From: Eledone cirrhosa
Lineage: Eukaryota
DNA length: 64,000 nt
Assembly: GCA_964016885.1 (NCBI GenBank)
Contig: OZ024742.1
Span: 160,580,001 to 160,644,000, forward strand
Reading direction: 5' to 3'
The notes beneath the pieces were generated by a model. It worked only from the letters and a program-made list of their open reading frames with translations, had not been told where the DNA came from and did not search any database. This document shows, piece by piece, positions 1-12,912 of this stretch (position 1 is the stretch's first letter; every line of letters starts with the position of its first letter). Position numbers and translations under genes: made by a program.

Positions 1-141
1 ATATATATATATATATGCAGTGTGACAAGAAGCTAGTTTCGAAGTGTTAATATTTAGTGGGCTAGAGAGTTAGCAGAGCGTAAGCACGTGGGAAAGTAAG
101 AAATCGGAGAATAGACCGTTAAAACATGTTTATTTAAAACA

Positions 142-181
142 GCACCTACGTACATTTCGCCCAGTTGGGCTTCTCAAGGGC
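142..181 (-). ncRNA. Type I minimal hammerhead ribozyme, U3:A8 core variant, in pLTR (degenerate copy at 2811-2850 +)
   Basis: Minus strand reads GCCC-TTGAGAA-GCCC aact GGGC-GAAA-TGTACG-TA-GGTGC. Confidence 0.6.
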
Positions 182-252
182 ATAAATAACCAAAACTGTT
201 CCTTACATTGCTCGGAAAGTACACTAACGCGTACGTCCCTCTGACGCCTAGA

Positions 253-2434
253 TTCTCTCTTCAGGATCACAAATGTAACTTTAATGAAAGCCCCTCTATT
301 AGACTAATATGCCCCTCTACATTTGATATAGGTAGGATTAGTAAAAGTGATCCTCGACAGAGTACTACTGGAGCTTAATAGAAAGGCTAAGGTCTGCCTC
401 TGGGGCAACACCGACCAGGTCATAAATTGGTTCACCGAGTTGCCGGATAAAGCGACCCTGAAGTTCATTCAGTTTGACATAGATAGCTACTACGCCTCTA
501 TCTCCCCCATACTCTTAAATAAGGCACTCATCTTAGCTAAATCTAACACTAGCCTCACTAAAAAAGGAATAGACATAGTTCTAGAGACGCGTAGAACCAT
601 TATCAAGTTCGAAGGCTCCCACTGGACCAGAACCAACCGTCCTGATAACTTCGATGTCACGATGGGGTCCAGTGACTCAGCGCAAGCAACTGACCTGGTC
701 GGAATATACCTCCTACATAAGCTTAGGGACGAGATACCGGCCCTACAAGGAGGTGTATATAGGGACGACGCCCTGTTTACCGTTAGGCACCATAGTCCCC
801 GTAGGATAGAGAACCTTAACAAACATATACACAGGTTCTTCTAGTCATACGGCCTATCCGTAACTATGGACCTCAACCACAAGGTTGTCAACTTCCTGGA
901 CGTGACCCTGGAGTTGAGTACGGGCTTATACAAGCCATACCATAAGCCTGGAGAGCGCCTCTCTTATATTAATTATGCCTCCAACCACCCTAAGCAGACT
1001 CTCAACTCCATAGTCTATAGTATCTCACATAGAATTTCGAGGCTATCCGCCAATGAGGATATCTCAACCATGCGGCAGATTACTACAATAGCGCCTTGAT
1101 AACCGCCGGCTTTAACCGAGGAATTTCCTACATCCCTAACGCTAGCTCTAGAAACCACCCCCTCATAAAACGAATGTTATAGTAAGCCATACCTATAACC
1201 GATCACGCGGCGACCTCGTTGAAGTCGGATATAATAGAATAGATAATCGCACTAAAGATCATGACTCCGGCGACGGTGACCACTGTAGATTACTCGAACT
1301 CTTCCCCTATTACAAACCAACAAAGGCGACGGCCTACTACCAACGCCTTCCAACCAACATCTTCCTGTACATAAACATGGAAGAGGGAAGAAGAGTGCAC
1401 CCGAGCATAAAGTGAAAGGGGCACCTAACGGGCTACGGCACATTAACACACATAAGAGCGTTCACCTAGATGGAACAACCCGTAGCAAACGTACAAGGAC
1501 ACGTAATCGCCACCGTAACGTCCTATGGTCCCCCCCTACTCTCGGAGTGTGGCCTCCAACATACCCCGGATGTTCTTCGAAGCCGTAGAGAAGAACTTCC
1601 CGCCCAACCATAGGTATGGAAAAATTCTTAATAGGAACAATATAAAAATATCCTTCTCTACTACTCCTAACCTAGCAGACATCATAGGAACAACGAACCA
1701 CAGTAAGATCACCAAGACACAGCACCTCGACACAGACGCACCTACACCTGACAATAACTATATCGGCCTTAACAACTCCCTAGCAGCATCCAATAGTGCT
1801 GGCAACGGCCTCCTCAGACTCAACCAGCATAACCGCGAAAGGACAGGGGAACATGCAGGACACGACGTGCGGAATAACAATCGCACCACCCCGCGTGCTG
1901 TGGGTTGTAATGGTGCTAACGACAGCTGCGGTAGCGTAGGTAACAACGTAGGCAGCAACAATGATAGCCTTACCGTTTGGAAATAGATGGAACCGCGACA
2001 GAAATTGCAACTGCCGCGACAGAGGACGCTGCCCCCTTAGAGGATACTGCTTGACTGATAGGGTTATATATAGATACACTGTAACTAGCCGCAATAGCGT
2101 TAAACATTATATAGGGGCTACCTCCGGCCCGTTCAAAATTAGGTTTCGAACACATCTCCACTCTTTCACAAATAAAAAACTAAGACACTCCACTTCGCTC
2201 GCGGACTACATCACATCACTAAAGGACTTAAACATCAGCTTCTCCACGCACTGGGATATTATCGGCAGGGCTGCACCGTACAACTTCAAGAGGAAATGCG
2301 ATCTTTGCCTCATGGAGCTCTACCACATCATAACTGCACCCCACGAGCTCATCAACAGCAGAGCTGAAACAGCGATAAGTTGTACACATCGCTTAAAAAT
2401 ATCCTTCTTCAGATGGGTTAAGGATGAGGAGTGA
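253..2434 (+). pseudogene. Disrupted Naiad-type PLE reverse transcriptase + GIY-YIG endonuclease (ORF pieces 347-844, 866-1099, 1525-1986, 1961-2434)
   Basis: Motifs QDHKxNF..IRLICP, FIQFDIDSYYASI, FDVTMGS, YRDD, VNFLDVTL, SNHP, PPYS, CxCx5CPLxGxC, IYRY..YIGAT, CDLCLME, INSRAE..CTH; TAG at 842 and frameshifts near 345, 1065, 1527 and 1975. Confidence 0.9.
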
Positions 2435-2904
2435 AAACGTGCACCGGATCTCCCTGCAACAAGTCTTAACACCCCGGCGGGCAGGCGCTGCAAAATAACA
2501 CCCAGGAAACTAACCTTGCATACCATACCCAGCCTCAAACGATTCAGACAAACAGATGCGGAAAAACAAACGTCTTAAAATAAGCGTTGGTTACATGGCC
2601 CTGTGCGTATCGACAATGGTAAGGTTGTAACCTCATCTTGTAGCGGATAAAAATTTGTCCGGGAAAGACTGCCCTAACAACGGCCAGAGTTACCTCCCTT
2701 GACCTGCTACAAAATCAAAACAAGCTATTTTTGCGAGCAATGAACCTTGACGTGAATTTAACCCCCAAAACTCTTTCCGAGCAATGTAAGGAACACTTTT
2801 AGTTATTTATGCCGCCGAGAAGCCTAACTGGGCGAATCGTACGTAGGTGCTGTTTTAAATAAACATGTTTTAACGGTCTATTCTCCGATTTCTTACTTTC
2901 CCAC

Positions 2905-2967
<63 letters not shown>

Positions 2968-4540
2968 GAGCGTTGTTATTTGGCGTTGTTGAAAAGAGCT
3001 GTGGCCTTTGACCTGGAAATAAAAAACTGTAGACAAAATTCTTTCTGTGTACCAAGTTTGTGTGTGCGTATGTATATATGTGTGTGTGTGTTGGTGTGTG
3101 TGTGTGTGTTTATCTATGTTTATATATAAGGGATAAAAATATTGCATTCTCAGTCACCAAGCTTCTCAATTCATTCCTTTCTACTTATTTTGCTACGAGG
3201 TATATTATTTTGCAAGATACTATTTTTCCCCTGAGTTTGTGATTTCAGAGAAAGGTAAGAAATGCTTCATATTTTGCATCTTTTGTATTTTGTCTATCCA
3301 CTCAAAATATTACAACAGCTAACAGTGAAATATAGAATTTAAAAAAAAAAAAGCTTCTTCGACTGAGATGAAATGTTTTTTTTTATTTCAAAAATATATA
3401 ATTTGAAATAGCTTGCTTTTGTTTTGGGCTGAAACTTTTTTGTGTTTAATTCGAACGAGTATTTTTTAAAGAATCTAAGATAACTTGATTTGGCCCAGTA
3501 ATCTACTGATATCAAAATCAGTAGTATATTGAAAAATGGAAAAATAGGGTAGGGAGGCATTTCGTGATTTCGAGGGGAAAAAGGGGGCGTTTGTCCAAAA
3601 TGGGTTGAGAACCTTTAGTCTAGATAGATGAGAAACAAAACGAGGATGTAGTTTATGGAACACTCAAATGATTTAGAAGTCAACCTTAAGTAGGAACAAT
3701 AACATTAAGGAAGTCATGAACGACACCACATGATTTTGTTTTGAAAATTTCGAAAGTAGGTTTATAAATATGAGTTTTCATAAGATTTTCGTAGTTGTCT
3801 CAGTGGACTAGCGATATGTACTAGAGACGGTGGAGATCCTCGCCTTGGGTCAATCCTAATCAAGAGGTGCAAGTAATTTTTTCAGTTTTTATTTTACATC
3901 CCAGAGAAAAAAAATGAAAAGGTTTAACTGGAACCCTACTCCCGACCAGGATCAAACTTCAGACCAGGATCACGACCGTTTATGATTCCTCCAAATAGGT
4001 AGCCGAAACAGCTACAAAAGTATAGCATTCTATACCTGGCAACCAATATTTTAGATCCAGTCCACCACTGTATATGTGTGTGTGTGTGTACATACATGTA
4101 TATATGTGTGGGGGGTATGTATATGGGTATGTGTGAGTAGATGTTTGTGAGCATGTGCATGTGTGTGTATGTATATGTATGTATACATGAGTGTGTGTGT
4201 GCGTGCGTGCATGTGTGTGAGTATGTGTCTGTATGAGTGTCTCCATGTGAGTGTATGTGTGTGTGTGTGTGTGTGTGTATATGTATATATATATGTATTT
4301 ATATATTAAGAAACACACAGATACATGCGGACACACACATATATACATGAATGCATCCGCACCCAACTGTGAGTTAAGGGTGCCAACTTCACCGATGTTG
4401 CTCAATGAATGACTGGGACAGACCAATTCAGTTTGAACCAGACTGAACCAGTATCAGAGTTAAAAATACATTATGAAGAGAGAAGAAACATTTAGATATA
4501 ATTAGTAATAAAATGTATCATACCTAAACTGTTCCTAAAT

Positions 4541-4628
4541 TCCTCGACTACGTAGTTTCGTGGCATAAACAAAAACAATATATCAAAGATATAGAGTCCT
4601 TGCGAGGTCTGCCGACTTATCAAGAGGA
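4541..4628 (-). ncRNA. Type I hammerhead ribozyme, U3:A8 variant, in a pLTR remnant
   Basis: TCCTC-TTGATAA-GTCGGCA...TGCCAC-GAAA-CTACGTAG-TC-GAGGA; stem I TCCTC/GAGGA; palindromic loop 3. Confidence 0.65.
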
Positions 4629-4883
4629 TACCTCATTTTACTAGTCTCAAGAACGCGTCTACACGACGTGAGAAAGAATCCCAAAAGGCGGAGGGGGAGA
4701 TAGTCACGCGATATAACGGTCGAGAAACAGAGCTAAGCCTCTTATAACCACGAAGAAAATACCACGGAGGCGGAGGGGGTATTCATATCGAGGCCGTAGA
4801 AGAGGTAGTGAAGAAGACGAGAAGTATGAGTAATGGAAGCTTTCCAGATATATATATGTATATATAAATATATATATATATGT

Positions 4884-4914
<31 letters not shown>

Positions 4915-4922
4915 CAAGTATT

Positions 4923-5032
<110 letters not shown>

Positions 5033-5937
5033 CGTGCGCCCGTTTGTATGTGTTTCACTTATATTTTTCTTCATCTACATTCCAAATTTTGAACACAGTT
5101 ATTTCAAAACATATAAGTCTACATGAGCACCGCTCTTGATACACAAAATATCTAGCTCTATTGTATTGTTATTTCTACCTATTAAATAGGATTTTTCAAT
5201 TAATCTTCTCTCATTGCTGATGATGGTGGTGGTGATGGCACAACGGTGGTGGTGGTAGTAGCAATGCTGGTGGGCGTGAGGGTTTGGGAGAGAGAGGGGG
5301 GAGTCTTGGAGGAGAACCGAAAAGTGCAATAAGGATGGAGGGTTGAGGTGATGGAGGGGATAATGATGATGGGTGGACGAGGGTGGGGTATGAGTTTAAA
5401 TCTGAGCAGACGACAGCTGCCTACTCTACGCCGCCATTTCCCCCCTTTAGAGACGAAACTCTCAACAGCTGTTTTTTGAGCAACATCGAAAGGTCAATCT
5501 CTTCAACTAAACTGCTTCATCGCGCTGCTGCCTTCCATTTTGCCAACCATTAATCTCCATACCTACATTACGTTAGATTAAGTTATTTTAAAAAAAGAAA
5601 TGTTCTTCTTCTTCTTCTTCTTCTTCTTCTTCTTCTTCTTCTTCTTCTTCTTCTTCTTCACATATTATATATGTACATTTTAAAGTAGGAGGTGGAGATC
5701 CTCCTTGAGCCGAGCTTAAAACCTAAGTATTACTAATATTATTACCATTATTGTTATTATTATTATTCCTTTGTTAATGTTGATGTATCCTGTACATTAT
5801 TCATTGTAACAATAGTTTCTGATTGCCATAAATATGTCGAATTCCATTATTTTCACCAACATTTCTTAATTGTCAATACTCAAACGTACAACGTTAGCAG
5901 ATGACTTGACTTACTCGGCTGACGATGATGATGATAA

Positions 5938-5985
<48 letters not shown>

Positions 5986-5990
<5 letters not shown>

Positions 5991-6116
5991 ATAATAAATT
6001 TGAAGACTGAAATCCAAAGAGGGTTCGATAAGGATAAGTATAAGGACAAGGATAAGGATAAATATATATCAAGTATAAGCAGCGATTCTTTGCTTAAACT
6101 TTAATCTGTTATTTTA

Positions 6117-6118
<2 letters not shown>
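5986..6118. mobile_element. Short remnant of non-coding HHR family B (same family as 44035-45343)
   Basis: 5986-6078 is reverse-complement-similar to 45268-45343; 6079-6118 matches 45211-45250. Confidence 0.7.
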
Positions 6119-6151
<33 letters not shown>

Positions 6152-6180
6152 ATGTGTGTGTGTGTGTTGGTGTGTGTATA

Positions 6181-6267
6181 CAGGGTGTTCCACTCTCAAA
6201 AAATGTATACACACTTCAACAGCATTCTAATAAATATGTGTATACATTTTTTGTGGGGGACACCCTA
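6181..6267. mobile_element. Tc1/mariner-type MITE (~87 bp)
   Basis: TA-CAGGGTGTTCC..CAAAAAATGTATACACA / TGTGTATACATTTTTTG..GGACACCCT; TA flanks. Confidence 0.7.
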
Positions 6268-6283
6268 TATATATTTATACACA

Positions 6284-6356
<73 letters not shown>

Positions 6357-6362
<6 letters not shown>

Positions 6363-6645
6363 AGAAATTTCGTATTTCTAAAGAAAAACGGTTTTAGGAA
6401 GCCTTAGCTATGCAAACACCGGGGCTAACGCCCTCTGGTGGTATCCAGCAGAAGCAAGGGGGACAACTCCTACAGAAGCAAGTGGTGGGAGGGACCGTCC
6501 TGACGAAGGCCAGTCAAGCCTGAAATGCATAGACGGTTGTCCCCCTTGCTTCTTCTGGACACCACCAGAGGGCGTTAGCCTCGGTGTTTGCATAGCTACG
6601 GCTTCCTAAAACCGTATTTCTTTAGAAATACGAAATTTCTATACA
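6357..6645. mobile_element. Non-coding fold-back element (pLTR-derived) with HHR in the spacer
   Basis: Inverted arms ~6357-6468 and ~6536-6645; starts in (TA)n. Confidence 0.8.
6494..6537 (+). ncRNA. Type I minimal hammerhead ribozyme
   Basis: ACCGTC-CTGACGA-AGGC cagtcaa GCCT-GAAA-TGCA-TA-GACGGT; perfect stems I and II; palindromic ATGCAT. Confidence 0.9.
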
Positions 6646-7024
6646 TCTGTATAATATATAAAACGAGGATGTGTATGTGTCTGTGTACAACTTTGCATAC
6701 TTAAGGCTTTTGCAATTACCAACCGAATTTGACCAAATTTTCTGTGCACGCTGCACAGGTCGCTAAGATTGTCACATCACAAAGATTTTTCAAATCGACC
6801 CACGTTAAGCAATAAAAAATCGATATCAAAATTATCGGTAGCAAAATTGATGTAAGGGAGATAAACTTTATTGACAATCCTTATAAAAAGGGAGATAACC
6901 AACTTTATTGACAGAAATATAAACATCAGATTCATTTGAAGATTAATCACTAATATTATCGTTTGTTTCTTGTTTATTCTTTGTTGCATTTCAAACCCCG
7001 GGCAACGCTGAGTAAATCTGCTAG
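6646..7024 (+). mobile_element. Non-autonomous Helitron
   Basis: 5' TC..TATATAAAAC; 3' GC-rich CCCGGGCAACGCTGAG followed by CTAG; inserted between A and T with no TSD. Confidence 0.7.
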
Positions 7025-7710
7025 TATTGTATAAAGCTATGCTTGAAGCGAAATCTAATTTCTTATATATATATGTATATATATATATATACATATATTT
7101 ATATATATCGATCTAGCTAACCATCTGTGTCACATATTGTTCCGCTTCGATGTCGAACATTTAATTATATGCATACTTTGCCCTTGTCAGGTACTTTAAT
7201 GAAAGTTCTACTTGGTTTTTTCACCTTATCTTTCATGTGTGTATACTGCACTGCACCCTCTTCATAGAATGAACCAGTAGTACTGTCGGTAGGGGGCGCA
7301 CTGTATGAGTTGATTTGGGCAGCCAATGACCTAAGAATTCAGGTTTTAATTGCATTTGCAATATTATCTGTGACGCACGCGCCCCTCCTCCTCTGTTGAG
7401 TTCATTACTTTTACCACAACATATCTCCTCTTCTACCACGTGGCACTATTGATTCGTTTTGGTGCTACCATATCATTCAGACATGATATTACTAGCCCAT
7501 CATTTCCTCTCTGCGCGTCTTGTTTTTTTCTTCATGGGTTTAACTGACCATCTTCGTCATACATTGTACGAACATTTAATTATATATGTTTTTTTCCCCT
7601 CGTTATATGATTCTGCTTCCTTTGTCTACTTTTTCGTTTGTATCTCTGTTCCACACTGTTACCAATCCTGCATTGGGTGCTCTCGTCTCTTATATATTTT
7701 AAACTCTTAG

Positions 7711-8330
7711 GCGTGGTGCAAACAGCTATATGTATGCTTGCTGCTCAAAGTGAGAGACACTGTTGCTGGAGCCTGATCAACGCCTCAAAACCACTCCTCA
7801 AGTAATCAACAAAGTACCTAAAGACAGCAAACACAAATATGCTACAGCAAGGAAGATCATATTAGTCAGGGATGTTGAACGACTGAAGAGAAGCCCCAAG
7901 AACGGCCCAGCCGGTTGACTTGCCATGGCACGTCACTGAGTGATAACAGTTGACATGGAAAAGCGGTTGAAAATTCCATCACATATCACTCAGTTCATCT
8001 TGAGACCTGACATCATCTTGGGTTTTTGAGGTAACAAAAGAGTTCATTCTAGTGGGTCCAATTCTTGGCTGGAGTGAGAGAATAGAGGAGGTACAGGGGA
8101 GGAAGAAAGCAAATACCAGGGGTTGGCGGAGGACAACGTATGAACGGGTGGAAAATCAGATGCATGCCAGTGGATTGGACAGCCGAGAGCTTGCAGCCCG
8201 TGTTTTCAGCAACGGCTACGGAACTCTGGGCATTACGGAAGCAACCAGAAGAGCCAACAAAACAATGAAGTTAATAAGGAGTAACTTGATGACTATGGCT
8301 AGATAGAAGTGACAAGTGAGGTCAGTAGCA
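7711..8330 (+). pseudogene. Decayed restriction-like endonuclease domain of a HERO/R2-group non-LTR retrotransposon
   Basis: Across frames: VDMEKRLKIPSHITQFILRPDIIL, WSERIEEVQGRKK, KYQGLAE, NGWKIRCMPV; matches the RPD..W.E..E..RK..KY..GW..PVE pattern. Confidence 0.65.
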
Positions 8331-8493
8331 TGTATGCCATTTCGACACGGGCTGAGGTTTGATCAACCTCGGTTGGGTCGCCTGAATGGAGGTCTATACA
8401 ACACTGATAACACCGTGTAACATTATTTTTTGTCCCCGGTTCTAAGTGTCATTTCATGGTTTGTTATATCCCATTATTATTAAAAAAACACTA

Positions 8494-8581
8494 ACTTTGC
8501 CTTTCATCCTTACGGGGTCGATAAAATAAAGTACCAGTAATGTACTGGGTTATTGCTGGCCTTGTACCAAAAGTAGAAACA
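8494..8581 (+). mobile_element. 5'-truncated SINE nested in the transposon, ~20-bp TSD
   Basis: SINE core TTTGCCTTTCATCCTTACGGGGTCGATAAAATAAAGTACCAG, flanked by ATTATTATYAAAAAA(A)CACTA at 8473-8493 and 8582-8601. Confidence 0.8.
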
Positions 8582-8800
8582 ATTATTATCAAAAAACACT
8601 ATTATTTAATCAGAAGTTTGGGTTTGTGGTCAGGAGTTTGATATTTCGAAATTTTCATATTTTTCAAGAAAAAACACATTATTTTAAAATTTATCAGTTC
8701 ATATAATTAAATCAACAGAGTATATATTTATTTTATTACGCAAGCTTATCAAAAGCAAACAAGCAAAGACAAATAACACTTATAAAGCAACTTATACACG

Positions 8801-9888
8801 TCAGAAATGACTGGATTTCCTGGATTTGCGGTTGTAGTCCAGGTCGCATTCCCGCACTAGCCCCCAGATATAGTCCCCCATCATTTTTATATTGTAGTGG
8901 CCCTGGTACCTCCGCTCTATCTCTTTCACATCTTGGTGGAATCGTTCGCCTTGTTCTTCTGAGTAGGCGCCCATATTGTCCTTGAATTTTTCCAGGTGAG
9001 CGTCCAGCATATGGAGTTTAAGCGACATCCTGCATCCCATGGCGCCAAAAGCCTTTTTCAGATCTAGCACCAGTTGCTGGTAGTTTTCAGCTCTGTAGTT
9101 GCCCAGGAAGCCCTTAATAACTGCCTTGAAACAGTTCCATGCTGTTCTCTCAATCCTATTGAGCTTATTGGAGAACTCGGTAGACTCAAACACCTTCTTT
9201 ATCTGAGGTCCAACAAAAATTCCACCTTTGATTTTGCCATCAGATAATTTGGGGAAGAACTCAAGAAGGTACTTAAAAGCGGATGATTCTTGGTTGAGAG
9301 CCTTCACAAACTGCTTCATCAATACCAACTTAATGTGCAGTGGCGGCATGAGCACAATCCTGGGATAAACCAGTGGCTCCCACATGACGTTCCGGGTCCC
9401 AACTACATATTCTGTTCGCTGCTCCCAGTTCTTTCTTTTGTAGTGGTCAGAGGTGGCTCTGCTGTCCCAAAGGCAGAGGAAGCATTGGAATTTGATAAAG
9501 CCTCCTTGGAGTCCAAGCAAGTAAGCCACCATCTGGAAGTCTCCTATGCTCCAATGATTTCCCAATTGTACTGGTTGTATTGCAGAGCTTCCAAGAGGAC
9601 TTTCACACTGTAGTAATCTTCCTTCAGGCAGACTGAATGGGCTAGGGGCAGTGTCGGGTACTTGTTTCCATTGTGGAGAAGAACAGCCTTCAAACTTGTG
9701 GTGGAGCTGTCTATAAATAGCCGCCACTCCTTGGGCACAAACGGCACCCCAATAACGTCAAACAGTCCAGGCACGTCATGGCAGAAGCAGAGGCCATCCC
9801 TAAGAGTGTAAAAGCTCGTGAAAGGTTCGTGTCGACTTCTCTGACTTGTCACTGGCACTTCCTCCTTGACCAAGTTCCACTGCTTCAT
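8801..9888 (-). pseudogene. DDE transposase, Chapaev3-like; N-terminus missing, one frameshift at ~9548
   Basis: WRLFIDSS..SLKAVLLHNGN, IGDF.M, CFLCLWDSR, PPLHIKL.LMKQFVKAL, GIFVGPQI, MSLKLH, GAYSEEQGERFHQD. Confidence 0.85.
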
Positions 9889-10339
9889 CCTGGAGACGAA
9901 TGCTTAAAACACAACTTACCCTTTATTCAGGGTGCGAAAATCCAGTATCAATAAATCTCTTTAATCCACTTTTTAACAATTTTTATACTTTATTGCACTT
10001 TTATAATTTTCTTTAGGTATTACTCTTTATTTTATAATTTTAATTTAACCTGAAACATATATAAAAAAAAATCATTTAACATAAGCAAATTAAACTTACA
10101 TACAACGTAAAATCCAGCATAAAAATAATTCTAGTGAATAGCTTAGAATTTTTACAAACTGTTTAATAGCACTTTTTTTTATTTATTTGGGACCTAAGCA
10201 ACGCAAAAAAAAAAAGTGATTACAAGCCAGGAACAGGGAAACATTTTTTTTGTTACACGGTGTAATGTGTGTAAAGTTTTCATCTGTGAATGTGTGAATA
10301 ACTATATATATGCGCGTGTATACAAAAATACATACATGC

Positions 10340-10389
<50 letters not shown>

Positions 10390-10408
10390 TCACACATTCA
10401 TACATGCT

Positions 10409-10442
<34 letters not shown>

Positions 10443-10445
<3 letters not shown>

Positions 10446-10890
10446 GGAAAAATTGAAATTTCATTTCTCACTCTTAGTTCGGCTGATACCTAAATATAAG
10501 TATGTATACGTACATGTGCGTATACAAATGTATGGGTTTACCGAATATTTATTATAATGTTCGGTTTGTTTGTAAACAAACAGCCCTAATTAAGCCGCAC
10601 AGTGTTCGGCAAACATCGTTGCCCATTTGTTCAACACTGACAAAGGAACGATGAACTTATTTCTAGCTCATTAGCTGTCATCAGCACCGTATACCTTCCC
10701 GTCAGTCGATTGAACGTTTGATAGTATATACTTTCCTTTCGGCTATTCGGGCTGTTTGTTTACAAACAAACCGAACATTATAATAAATGTTCGGTAAACC
10801 CATACGTACATATATATATATGTGTGCATGTATGTATATACATACTACTGTACGTCTGTATACATATATGTATGTACGTATACATACTTA
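10443..10890 (-). mobile_element. Non-coding HHR family A (retrozyme-like), fold-back copy
   Basis: Homologous to 39480-40140 and 42050-42915; inverted arms; (TA)n flanks. Confidence 0.8.
10648..10690 (-). ncRNA. Type I minimal hammerhead ribozyme (family A)
   Basis: ACGGTG-CTGATGA-CAGCTaatgAGCTA-GAAA-TAAG-TT-CATCGT. Confidence 0.8.
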
Positions 10891-10910
10891 TATTTATATA
10901 TATATATACA

Positions 10911-10989
<79 letters not shown>

Positions 10990-10993
<4 letters not shown>

Positions 10994-11378
10994 TAAAAGG
11001 AAAAGAAAATACTGACAAATTGTTCCCAGTGAAAAATAGTTTGATTAGGAATAAGTTAAAATTAGTAATAAGTATTGGTTAGTATTCAGTTTTAGTTTTA
11101 GTTTTAACTTAAAACTAAAACTGAATACTAACCAATACTTATTACTAATTTTAACTTATTCCTAATCAAACTATTTTTCACTGGGAACAATTTGTCAGCA
11201 TTTTCTTTTCCTTTTAGCAATATATCACAACTCGTGTGTTACACCTCTATTCTTTTAAATATATATATATATATATATATACATATATATATTTAAAAAA
11301 AATAGAGGTGTGACACACGTGTTGTGATATATTAGTAAAAAGGAAAAGAAAATGCTGACAAATTTTTCCCAGTGAAAA
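10990..11378. repeat. Fold-back (10990-11222) with tail, plus an inverted third copy across (TA)n (11292-11378)
   Basis: Arms of ~115 bp centred near 11105; 11292-11378 is the reverse complement of ~11175-11260. Confidence 0.8.
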
Positions 11379-11794
11379 CACTCACTCACATACACATATA
11401 TAAACGCTGAAGAACATCAAAAGAAATGACATTTTTCATAACGCCACTCATAAACACAGAGATAGGTTCGTGCAAACACAGACACATACGACTAGGACTA
11501 CCCTTACCACACATACATATCTCTGCTATGGATCTATGAATCTATGTATCTGACCAACAGACACTTCGCATTACACATTACATATCATCTCTTTCCGGTC
11601 CGGGGCGGATGTAAAAACAAGCGCAAATCAGTGATGCGGAACCAACTATGTTCATGTGATATCTGTGAACTAATGACCATGCAATACCATATTTTTACAT
11701 CTATTTCATCAAAAGTTCAACGACGAATTGATATTTTATTTATCCTGAACAAACTATTCAGCTGTCATCATTTATATAAGTATATCTATATGTT

Positions 11795-11881
<87 letters not shown>

Positions 11882-11984
11882 GAGAGATATACACATATAT
11901 CTCTCTCTACATATATATATGTATACATATTACATACATACATAAACACACACACACGCACAAATGTATATATATATATATATA

Positions 11985-12482
11985 TACAGTTGTAATATAG
12001 ATGAGATTCTACAGGACTAGAACTGTTTCATTCTTTAGAAATCATCACGAATCTGGGTATCAAAAAATAAAAATGGTATTTATCGGTCTCTTCAGGTGGT
12101 AGGAGAGGGTAGGGAGTGGGATGGGTAGAGGTCATTGGTTGATAGAAAAGGGAATTCATTAAAAGCTAATTCTTTAAAGCTATAATTTATATTTAGAGTA
12201 ACTCCAAATATAAATTATAGCTTTAAAGAATTAGCTTTTAATGAATTCCCTTTTCTATCAACCAATGACCTCTACCCATCCCACTCCCCACCCTCTCCTA
12301 CCACCCGAAGAGACCTATAAATGGCATTTTTATTTTTTGATACCCAGATTCCTGATGATTTCTAAAGAATGAAACAGTTCTAGTCCTGTAGAATCTCATC
12401 TATATTAAAACTTTTATACTCTGCTATGTATTGAGTACCTTACTTACTGTGGTTACCTCCGATTCAACCCAGAATAACGTAC
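11985..12482. mobile_element. Fold-back pLTR-like element with HHR and one-sided tail
   Basis: ~215-bp inverted arms centred at ~12200; tail 12419-12482; (TA)n flanks. Confidence 0.8.
12346..12396 (+). ncRNA. Type I hammerhead ribozyme with full stem III (mirror copy at ~12005-12055 has a mutated core)
   Basis: AGATTC-CTGATGA-TTTCtaaaGAAT-GAAA-CAG ttctagtc CTG-TA-GAATCT. Confidence 0.85.
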
Positions 12483-12495
12483 TATATATACATAC

Positions 12496-12581
<86 letters not shown>

Positions 12582-12639
12582 ATGTGTGTGTATTTACGTA
12601 TGTAAGCATGTATGTATAATTGTATGTATGTATGTAAAA

Positions 12640-12820
12640 GGTACCAGAGTTGTCAGAACGACGGACAGGTTGCCTTGCAGCATTCGATCTGGATTTCTAT
12701 GTTTTCCACGTTCAAATTCCACCGAGGTCAACTTTGCATTTCCTCATTTCGAGGTTGATAAAAATAGGACCAGTCCAGCACTGAAGTTGATTCTCCAACA
12801 CACCTCTCTTCCTCTCCCTA

Positions 12821-12912
<92 letters not shown>

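Larger units (their letters stand above)
17..2906 (+). mobile_element. Penelope-like retroelement, Naiad-type, 5'-truncated, with inverted 5' pLTR, flanked by (TA)n
   Basis: 86-219 is the reverse complement of 2773-2906 (diverged); extra tail at 17-85; (TA)n on both sides; RT and GIY-YIG remnants inside. Confidence 0.88.
8411..10262 (-). mobile_element. Chapaev3-type (CMC) DNA transposon, internally deleted
   Basis: TIR CACCGTGTAACA / TGTTACACGGTG; 3-bp TSD TAA at 8408-8410 and 10263-10265; transposase remnant inside. Confidence 0.8.
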
